Positions 56,717 to 64,000 of a stretch of DNA of 64,000 bases are shown one piece after another. The position numbers were made by a program, and so were the translations under genes. Where the stretch lies: assembly GCA_964643995.1 (NCBI GenBank), contig CAZXUJ010000001.1, positions 5,622 to 69,621 of the forward strand. Reading direction: 5' to 3'. Position 1 is the stretch's first letter; each line of letters starts with the position of its first letter. The notes under the pieces are model-generated. The model ran no database searches and was not told the origin of the DNA. It saw nothing but the letters and a program-made list of their open reading frames with translations. The DNA comes from an uncultured Candidatus Saccharibacteria bacterium (GTDB lineage Bacteria; Patescibacteriota; WWE3; UBA101185; UBA10185).

Positions 56717-58429
56717 TTAATACCCTTGTTCCTGAATAGGTACCAAACCCCCCGGAGCCATATAGTAAACTTCTGCGACCTTCTCAGAGATTGATATACA
56801 TTTTCCACTGTGTAGCCCAAGTACATCCGAGAAATTACCAGATAATATATCCTCCTGGCAGTTAGTTAAAGTTAAAACTGCAGGATAATTTGCGGCCCAA
56901 TACTCAACTTTCTCTTGGTTAAGATCATGAGAGTAACTTTGAGGATCGCGAATGTACACAAAGTAACCAGCGTTGTTTGTTTCTTTGGAATAAGGAATAT
57001 GATAACGAGCTATAGAATCACGCTCGTTAGTTGAATAAAAAATAATCTTGTCATTTATCTGCTTGCAGGATTCTATAGGCCTATTCTTTGGACATGGCAA
57101 AACACCAGTATCCGATAAAATGAAGTCTGCTATTTCCTCCCAGTGGCGATAGTAAGGAAATCCAAACATACTTAGGTGATATACAGGGCTCGGAGCTGGT
57201 AAAGTCCAAAACATAAACTTTTCGTTGCGCCAAGGATACTCTTTTGTATGATCAACAAAAACTGCGAACGACTGTATAAATATAAATGTGAAAGCCACCA
57301 CAATTCCTACGGTACTAATCACCATTCCAAAATGCTTAAGTAATTTTTGTAGCAGCTGATCAATCATGACTACCCCAAAACCTAGATAGATAAGCATAGG
57401 CAACAAATATGTGTAGATATGGGTTCCAGGAATACTTACTAAAGCCTCAAAAAACAGAAAGGCAACCAAAAACCATATATTTAGTGCTAAAACTTTATGA
57501 AAATTGTCACTAAATGTTAAAACCAATAAAGTGCCAATCTTTTTAAAACGACTGCGCGCAACAGACATCAGAAGTTCAAATCCTATGAACCTTTTGATAA
57601 ATTGAATAAAACCTAACACAAACAAAATCAGATATATTTCAAAGATATAGATTGGTTGGTAAACCGAAAACAAATAAACTGAGCTTGCTAATTTACCGCC
57701 AGTTCCTTCAAGACGACCAGTCCAATAGCTTTTTGTTGCGTCATCGAGGTTAAAAACGAAAGGGATGTAAAAAATGAGCAGTAGAAACATAAAAAGTGAA
57801 CCGGAAAGTAACAAATGCCTGAAATTTTTGAAAATACTCGAGAAATCAAAAACCTGTTTTTTACTCCACCTAAATATTAGATATACAACATAAGGGAAAA
57901 TAAACACACCGTCATAGTGAGAAAGAATCGAAAAAGCCCAAAGTAAGAAACCCAGATATATACCCTTTACAGACCAAACCTTGTCTCTGCTTGCCAAGCT
58001 AAAAAAGTAAAGAGCTGCAATCATAAACATAACTACAAATGACTGATATTGAACTATTCGAGAAAACGCAACAAAAAACCCGTTAGTGATAAGAAAGAAA
58101 GTGGAATAAGTCGCAATCTTTTTATCAAATTCCAATACTAAAAACTTGTAAAAGAAATAAACAGCTAATACACCAGCAAGGGCAAAAGGTAACCTAGCTA
58201 TAAATTCGTTTGAATAATCAGGCGTTACAAAGGTAAGTAAATATGTAACTATAAATTGAACTGGACCTTTACGTTGAGTTAATAGAAACTCGGAAATACT
58301 TTGGTTTGGCTCCGGGATAAAAAGTGCTTTAATCTCGTCGCCCTGAAAGTCCGAATAACCGAGATTTAGCAAGCGCAAAGCTATGGCCAAAAGCACCAAA
58401 ATAATAAGTAAATAATGTTTTTTTATCAT
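56717..58429 (-). CDS. GT-C fold membrane glycosyltransferase (ArnT/PMT-like), paralog 2
   Basis: RLLNLGYSDFQGDE loop-1 motif matches 12546-14117; ~11 TM helices + C-terminal soluble domain. Confidence 0.62.
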   Translation of the reverse strand: MIKKHYLLIILVLLAIALRLLNLGYSDFQGDEIKALFIPEPNQSISEFLLTQRKGPVQFIVTYLLTFVTPDYSNEFIARLPFALAGVLAVYFFYKFLVLEFDKKIATYSTFFLITNGFFVAFSRIVQYQSFVVMFMIAALYFFSLASRDKVWSVKGIYLGFLLWAFSILSHYDGVFIFPYVVYLIFRWSKKQVFDFSSIFKNFRHLLLSGSLFMFLLLIFYIPFVFNLDDATKSYWTGRLEGTGGKLASSVYLFSVYQPIYIFEIYLILFVLGFIQFIKRFIGFELLMSVARSRFKKIGTLLVLTFSDNFHKVLALNIWFLVAFLFFEALVSIPGTHIYTYLLPMLIYLGFGVVMIDQLLQKLLKHFGMVISTVGIVVAFTFIFIQSFAVFVDHTKEYPWRNEKFMFWTLPAPSPVYHLSMFGFPYYRHWEEIADFILSDTGVLPCPKNRPIESCKQINDKIIFYSTNERDSIARYHIPYSKETNNAGYFVYIRDPQSYSHDLNQEKVEYWAANYPAVLTLTNCQEDILSGNFSDVLGLHSGKCISISEKVAEVYYMAPGGLVPIQEQGY

Positions 58430-60486
58430 TCTCCAATAATTACCAATTCATTCATAGCTCGTGTAACAGCTACAAACGCTTTTTTAGCCTCATCAAAATT
58501 GCTTACTTCACTCAAATGTAAGCCTAAGACATATACTTTGGAAAACTCAAGTCCCTTACAATTTTCAAACTTAGTGACATACAAACCTTTTGGTATATAT
58601 GCAATGCGTGTGTGGTCTTCAAGCTTAATAATTTTCTCCGCAGACACCTTCAACTCTGTTCCAAGAGCATCAATAGAGTTCTGAACATCAATTAGCAAAT
58701 CATCACCAAATACAATTATACCTATACTTTTATCCAATTTCTCTAAATCAGAGCGCAGATGATTTTCTAGAATTGAAATCATAGCAGCGTTGTCTGATGC
58801 CTTTTCCTTAACTATTTCCTGACCCATACGATTTATAGACTTGGGTAAATATGTATGCGTGTAAGGCTTAAGAATATTGTTAGCGAAATCAATGATTTGC
58901 TTAGTGCTTCGATAGTTTGTGTCAAGTTCAAAGGTTTGAGCCTCCTTTGCGTCAGAAACCACATCTCTGATAGCCTCCCAATCATCTATACCATCTACAA
59001 CATAACTTTGATTCAGGTCGCCCAAAATGCAAAATCTCCCATGCTGAACAAGCTGGCTCAGTACAAGGTACTCTAAAACATTTAAATCTTGTCCTTCATC
59101 AACAACACAATACTGGTACTTTAATGAGTTAGGCAAACCAAATAAACGGGAGTGTATATAAAGATATACTAAGATTTCCTTGTACCCCATCTTTTCAGCA
59201 AGATTTAATCCCCACTCGTTACAAACACTTACGAGATACTTAGTCTTTAGGTCTGCTCTGATCGTTTGAAGCTTATTGGTAAGCTTACGAAGGTTCTGAA
59301 TATTCTCCTTGAAAATCCAACTTTTCACAGAATTGGGGTTTTCTTTTAACCTTTCCTTTTGGTAGGCTAATTCTTCGTTTAATTCTGACAGTAGATCTTC
59401 AATATTTTCTTTGATGGACACGTTATCATCATGAGCATAACTTGCCAAACTGGCAAAAATATCGTCCTCTAGCAATTTTTTTATTCTTTCAGTAGCAAGT
59501 TTATGGACCTCTTTAACACTTTTCTGTAAACTTTTTATTTTTTTAAGATCGAAATCAGATAAATCCAAGTTAGTATCCAAATCAAACTGCAACTTAACAT
59601 CCTCACTAAATAACAAGCTATAAACCAACTCTCTTAAGGTTTTATAATTAACATCAAAAATACCTAGTTTTGGAAAAAGAGTAGCCAAGTAACTTATCAA
59701 GATACCGCTTTTCGCAACCAAAATAGAACGCTCAGGTTGTATTATTTTTGGAAAATTGAAAAAAATATGTGAAAGTTTGTGTATAGCTACAGTACTTTTA
59801 CCACTGCCTACACATCCTTGAACAATACATACTTTCCTTGGGTCAGCCTCAATGATATCAAGTTGAGACTCTTGAATAGTCTCGATGATGTCTTCTAATA
59901 CACCACCTGTTCTTTCGTTGAGCTTGCCTGTGATTATTTCATTTTCATCTAGTTGTAGGTCATTGTTAAAATATTTAAGCAAGACACTATTGTCTATTTC
60001 ATAGGTTCTTTTTAAAGTTAAATCTTTGGCAATTCGTCCATCTGGTGCATCATAAAAGACATTTTTTTGAGGATAACGATATCTATAGTAAACAGAAGCG
60101 ATCTTTGCACGCCAATCCGTAATAACAGGCTTATCCTCAGTGTACCCAAATTTACCAATATATAGTTCATGCTTATCTTGTGGATTTTTTGGTTCCTCTA
60201 AATCAATTCGTGCAAAGTATGGTTCTCTTGTTAAGTAAGAAATTTCCTCTAGCCGTTTCACCTTGTCCTTAAGATTAAAAGCTTCATTTTTTTCGTGAAG
60301 CTGTTGAACATACATTAAATAGTCAGTACCACTGGTTTCGGGGTTATCTCGAAGTTCTTTCAGTCGGTCAAGATTCCCTGCCCCAAGCTCCTCCATAGAT
60401 TTATCAAGTGCTTTTTTAGCGTCTTGGAGTTTGGTAACTGTTTTTGAGAGATGTTTTTTTTCTAAATCGAATGTTAAATCTTCCAT
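58426..60486 (-). CDS. helD: HelD-like UvrD-family DNA helicase (helicase IV-like)
   Basis: N-terminal HelD-type domain (LTREPYFARIDLEE), Walker A GCVGSGKST, UvrD_C motif VAVTRAMNELVIIG. Confidence 0.72.
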   Translation of the reverse strand: MEDLTFDLEKKHLSKTVTKLQDAKKALDKSMEELGAGNLDRLKELRDNPETSGTDYLMYVQQLHEKNEAFNLKDKVKRLEEISYLTREPYFARIDLEEPKNPQDKHELYIGKFGYTEDKPVITDWRAKIASVYYRYRYPQKNVFYDAPDGRIAKDLTLKRTYEIDNSVLLKYFNNDLQLDENEIITGKLNERTGGVLEDIIETIQESQLDIIEADPRKVCIVQGCVGSGKSTVAIHKLSHIFFNFPKIIQPERSILVAKSGILISYLATLFPKLGIFDVNYKTLRELVYSLLFSEDVKLQFDLDTNLDLSDFDLKKIKSLQKSVKEVHKLATERIKKLLEDDIFASLASYAHDDNVSIKENIEDLLSELNEELAYQKERLKENPNSVKSWIFKENIQNLRKLTNKLQTIRADLKTKYLVSVCNEWGLNLAEKMGYKEILVYLYIHSRLFGLPNSLKYQYCVVDEGQDLNVLEYLVLSQLVQHGRFCILGDLNQSYVVDGIDDWEAIRDVVSDAKEAQTFELDTNYRSTKQIIDFANNILKPYTHTYLPKSINRMGQEIVKEKASDNAAMISILENHLRSDLEKLDKSIGIIVFGDDLLIDVQNSIDALGTELKVSAEKIIKLEDHTRIAYIPKGLYVTKFENCKGLEFSKVYVLGLHLSEVSNFDEAKKAFVAVTRAMNELVIIGE

Positions 60487-60490
60487 GGAT

Positions 60491-61177
60491 CTAAAAGCTT
60501 AAGCCCTCTTTTCCAACTAAAATTACAAACTCCCCTTTTAAGTTACGAGTTGGCAATATTTCAAGCAATTCCTCTACTTTCCCACAAAAAGTTGTTTCAT
60601 GCAACTTAGTCAATTCCTTCACAACGCTAACATAACGATTGCCCAATACAGCATGGATATCTTCTAAGGTTCTCAGAACTCTAAATGGCGATTCATAAAT
60701 TACAAGTGTTGCATCCAAATTACCAAAAGTTTTAAGTATTTCATTACGTTGGCCACCTTTTTTTGGTAGAAATCCTACGAAAGAAAATTTATCCGTTGGA
60801 AGTCCACTTATGGATAGTGCCGAAATAACTGCTGACGGACCTGGAACAGTAATCACCTGTATACCTTTGTTTAGACACTCCCGAACAATCTTATAACCAG
60901 GGTCTGAAATAAGAGGAGTACCACTATCCGAAGTTAATGCAATGGATAAACCCTCCTCCAAATTAGGTATTAGCTGAGGTATAAGCTTTGTGGCAGTTTC
61001 ATCTCGATAGGCTAAAAGTCTTTTGGCGCTTATCTCGTATTTATTTAGTATTTTTGAAGTTTCAGAAGTGTTTTCGGCTAAGATTATGTCCACATTTTTT
61101 AGTATCTCAACAGCACGAAAAGACATATCACCAAGATTACCTATTGGAGTTGCAACAACGTATAGAATACCTTGCAT
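60491..61177 (-). CDS. rsmI: 16S rRNA (cytidine1402-2'-O)-methyltransferase RsmI
   Basis: LYVVATPIGNLGDMSFRAVEILKNVDIILAE N-terminus typical of RsmI/tetrapyrrole-methylase fold. Confidence 0.8.
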   Translation of the reverse strand: MQGILYVVATPIGNLGDMSFRAVEILKNVDIILAENTSETSKILNKYEISAKRLLAYRDETATKLIPQLIPNLEEGLSIALTSDSGTPLISDPGYKIVRECLNKGIQVITVPGPSAVISALSISGLPTDKFSFVGFLPKKGGQRNEILKTFGNLDATLVIYESPFRVLRTLEDIHAVLGNRYVSVVKELTKLHETTFCGKVEELLEILPTRNLKGEFVILVGKEGLSF

Positions 61178-61241
61178 TAGCTCATTATATGTTATTTGTA
61201 CTAATGTTTCACAATCAATACATAAAATGTAAAATTACAGT

Positions 61242-62321
61242 ATGAGTATAGAATCGAAAATGCAAGGTTATGCGAATTTTGAGTATGACAAAGAACCTCA
61301 GTTACTACCGCTAAAAATAGATTACGAGAAGTTGGATTCACTTGATTGGACAGACTCAAAAATGCACAATGGAACTTTTTCATCTGGTTTTGAATTTGAC
61401 GAAAAAAGGTTTGTTAAACTTACTAGGACGGGGTACATACACGATATGGGAACCACTGGCAACCCAAAGTTAACTTTGCAAGATCGTAAGCACCTTGTAC
61501 CTATTGCAGAAACGATAGCAATACCACCACAAGAAGCTTTGGAATACTCATCTGAACAAATTGAGGCACTTCTGAGCGAAACTGATGTAGAAGAATTTAA
61601 CAAAAAACGCGTGGAGTTGTCCTTGAGGAGATTTGCTCAAGAAAAACTTGAGGTTTATACAAAGATTAAGGGTTATTTAGGGGACAATCTACCGGACTTT
61701 TATGGATCAGCCATCATAGAAAGTCCACGGAAGAAGTTAGAACAAGGTAGAAACAGCAGATATGCCAACTACTGGCCTGCAACAGAAACAACACTTATGG
61801 AGGTCTGGGAAAATATAAATCCAGACACACATATTGAAAGGTATGGATTTGCAGGACAACAGGTCTTAAAACATAGAGAGAGATATGTAAATAAGCTTAA
61901 GATTTTCGGAGAAAAAGCTCTGGCACTATTGGAGGAGGGGAAGATTGCTCTTGATATATATGATACTGCAGGAATCAGAGGATTTTCAAGTGAGGGCAAA
62001 CCACACAATATACAAAGCTTTGCTGAGATGTGTGAGTATTTGGATGGAAAACAAGAACCAAGGCATCTTTACCCACGAAATATTGCTTATGATGGGAAAC
62101 GTGTAATCTGTTTTGATATATACCCCGTGGAAGATTTGAGCAAGGAGATTTCTAAAGACACCCTACGCAAAATCAGGGGTGCGGTAGTTTCAAAAAACAA
62201 ACAACAACTTGAAGAAATATATGCCTTTGAAACTTTTGATAACAAACCTATCAAAGGATATATTCTAGATCATTGCACAAGATACTACATCTTGCTTGAA
62301 AGTATGGGCGTAGAGCTGTAA
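61242..62321 (+). CDS. Hypothetical protein (359 aa)
   Basis: ORF only. Confidence 0.4.
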   Translation: MSIESKMQGYANFEYDKEPQLLPLKIDYEKLDSLDWTDSKMHNGTFSSGFEFDEKRFVKLTRTGYIHDMGTTGNPKLTLQDRKHLVPIAETIAIPPQEALEYSSEQIEALLSETDVEEFNKKRVELSLRRFAQEKLEVYTKIKGYLGDNLPDFYGSAIIESPRKKLEQGRNSRYANYWPATETTLMEVWENINPDTHIERYGFAGQQVLKHRERYVNKLKIFGEKALALLEEGKIALDIYDTAGIRGFSSEGKPHNIQSFAEMCEYLDGKQEPRHLYPRNIAYDGKRVICFDIYPVEDLSKEISKDTLRKIRGAVVSKNKQQLEEIYAFETFDNKPIKGYILDHCTRYYILLESMGVEL

Positions 62322-62326
62322 GAAGT

Positions 62327-63250
62327 TTACTCTTGAGGCATCTTGAAAACACGTCCTGGAGTACCATTTGCAATTTCTTCACCGGAGCGGTCTCCATAAG
62401 GGTAAATGATAATCATGGAACCCTCTTCTTTACTCATTTCACTTAGGATCTGTAGCTCACGCAAACGCATACCATGGCGAGAACCGTCTAAAATTGCACC
62501 AGCTTCTCTAATTTTCTCAGCTACAGCAACCTCAGCATCTGCCTGAATCTGCTTTGCCTCCGAAGATCTACGTGCACGCGCAATTACAGCTAACTCTTCA
62601 ATAAGAGATTGTGGTGTGTCAATATCGGTGATACGAACAGCACGCACATCAACACCGTATATAGCAGCGCCTTGATCAATCTGTACTCGTAAAGAGTCAG
62701 CAATCTGATCACGCTCACTCAAAAGCTCACGTAAATCCAAACTTCCAATGGTATTTTTCAAAGCTTCAGTAGAAAGCCAAATAACCGATGATCTAAAATC
62801 ACGTACATCTATGGTCGCTTTGCGAGGATCCTCGACCTTATATTCAACAGCAGCTGTTACTTTTGTGGGAACGTTATCTTTAGTTAATGTCGCAGTAGCT
62901 TCAACCTGCTGAGTAACAATTCTCATATCAACTATATCAGCCACCGAATATATAAAAGGTGGGATCATGAAAAAACCTGCTCCACGCACACCATTAAATT
63001 TACCTAAACGTAAAACAACCATACTTTGCCACTCAGGCAAAATGTAAAACATTCTTGAAATAATCGAAGAAACCCATGCAGAAATTACTGCGCCAGGTAA
63101 CAACAATACTGTCGCATTACCAAAGATTCCTAAGGAAGCTCCTGACAATGGAATCAATAACAAAAAAGATAAAACTGTAAATGAAATTATAAAAGCTATA
63201 AAACGAACAAAAGACTGAACTTGATTAGTTGTAAGGGTTGTAGGTGTCAT
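62327..63250 (-). CDS. SPFH/band-7 (stomatin/prohibitin-like) membrane protein
   Basis: N-terminal TM helices then SPFH domain (VDMRIVTQQVEATATLTKDNVPTKVTAAVEYKV...), coiled-coil C-terminus. Confidence 0.72.
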   Translation of the reverse strand: MTPTTLTTNQVQSFVRFIAFIISFTVLSFLLLIPLSGASLGIFGNATVLLLPGAVISAWVSSIISRMFYILPEWQSMVVLRLGKFNGVRGAGFFMIPPFIYSVADIVDMRIVTQQVEATATLTKDNVPTKVTAAVEYKVEDPRKATIDVRDFRSSVIWLSTEALKNTIGSLDLRELLSERDQIADSLRVQIDQGAAIYGVDVRAVRITDIDTPQSLIEELAVIARARRSSEAKQIQADAEVAVAEKIREAGAILDGSRHGMRLRELQILSEMSKEEGSMIIIYPYGDRSGEEIANGTPGRVFKMPQE

Positions 63251-63348
63251 GAATATAGTATAACAAAAAAAGGGACCCCCAGAGTGTGTGAAAAGCTTAC
63301 AAATATTTATGTAAATTTATACTTCACACGCACTAGAAGTCCCTAAGC

Positions 63349-63561
63349 CTACCGGCCGTCCCAACCATACGAGAACCCGTGTTCCCAGCTGAAACAATAA
63401 AAGTCCGGCAGATAAACACCAAGGCTGTCAGCCCAGTAAACAAACTTTCCTATGTGGGTACACCCTGGGTTTGATAAAACTGAATACAACGCAAAAGCGA
63501 TACATACCAATACGAGCAAGAGTAAAACTCCGATCAGAACAAACAACAAACGACGAGACAT
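63349..63561 (-). CDS. Small membrane protein (70 aa)
   Basis: Single TM; ORF only; a long imperfect hairpin (63271-63340) lies downstream. Confidence 0.3.
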   Translation of the reverse strand: MSRRLLFVLIGVLLLLVLVCIAFALYSVLSNPGCTHIGKFVYWADSLGVYLPDFYCFSWEHGFSYGWDGR

Positions 63562-63700
63562 GATTTTAACTCCTTGTGAATTGGGGATATGACACTAATT
63601 ATACCGCCGTTATTCAAATCTTTTGCCTCTAGAAGGAGTGATTAGATTGAACTAACAGGAAAAGCTCAAAACGGTATTATATTGGTACAAAGGGATTTAT

Positions 63701-63883
63701 TTACTTTAGCTTCTGTACTTCCTTGTGCAAGGTATGACGTCGCAATTTAGGGTTATATTTCTTAAACTCAAGTTTTTCGGGGTTGTTTATAACGTTTTTT
63801 TCACTAACATATGTTCTTATGCCGGTTTCAACGCATTCGAATGCAATTAGTCTTCTGTTTTTCTTCTTTTTGCTCTTTGCCAT
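63701..63883 (-). CDS. rpmG: 50S ribosomal protein L33
   Basis: MAKSKKKKNRRLIAFECVETGIRTYVSEKNVINNPEKLEFKKYNPKLRRHTLHKE matches the L33 family pattern. Confidence 0.8.
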   Translation of the reverse strand: MAKSKKKKNRRLIAFECVETGIRTYVSEKNVINNPEKLEFKKYNPKLRRHTLHKEVQKLK

Positions 63884-64000
63884 AGCTTAGGTAATATATC
63901 ATTTGTTGACACCAATGACAAGATTCCTTAGTATAACGAAATAATCTATAATTAGACCTATATTATGAGCAAGTACAATCACAAAAAAATTGAAGACAAC

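Noticed and set aside
1-64000. CRISPR arrays / rRNA genes
   Set aside because: No regularly spaced direct repeats of 25-40 bp with unique spacers were seen, and no rRNA-like conserved stretches; the only tandem repeat is the in-frame 36-bp coding repeat.

Overview
AT-rich (roughly mid-30s % GC by eye) bacterial chromosomal segment with tight gene packing, 7 tRNA genes (Val, Phe, Gly-GCC, Gly-CCC, Leu-GAG, Leu-CAG, Lys, Arg; all minus strand) and many lineage-specific hypothetical proteins. The gene content suggests a small-genome, possibly CPR/Patescibacteria-like organism: a SipW-type signal peptidase, paralogous GT-C membrane glycosyltransferases and a DUF2207-like protein with a poly-Gly tail. 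This placement is inference only. Housekeeping genes include Dus, RsmI, L33, phosphohexomutase, NDH-2, YjjX ITPase, DgkA, an ABC-F ATPase, a HelD-like helicase, an SPFH protein and a MacAB-type ABC efflux set (MFP + ATPase + two FtsX permeases). The accessory stretch (~15-39.8 kb) lies between two near-identical tRNA-Gly genes. It carries a standalone OLD-family ATPase/TOPRIM nuclease, a large multi-zinc-ribbon protein of unknown function, and a restriction-modification cassette: a beta-class amino-MTase, a Dam-like alpha-class MTase and a convergent 665-aa protein with a C-terminal PD-ExK-like motif (putative Type IIS-like endonuclease). It also holds a phage packaging remnant (ParB-nuclease/MTase fusion, TerS, TerL) followed by a multi-stem structured element, and a glycosylation cluster (three GT4 genes, one fused to Nudix, with two inverted paralogous APH-fold kinases). 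Near tRNA-Gly(CCC) it carries a higher-GC orphan gene, a large serine recombinase with a perfect palindrome on its start codon, and GGAAC repeat clusters. Other observations: an LmbE-deacetylase/Nudix fusion, a frameshifted APH/Mph-like kinase pseudogene beside the ABC-F gene, a conserved hairpin leader with a compensatory base-pair change upstream of both tRNA-Gly genes, a 36-bp x3 tandem repeat encoding a Thr-Pro linker, and a pol-beta-type nucleotidyltransferase-like ORF convergent with a ParB/DGxHR-like operon beside tRNA-Arg. No CRISPR array or rRNA was seen.
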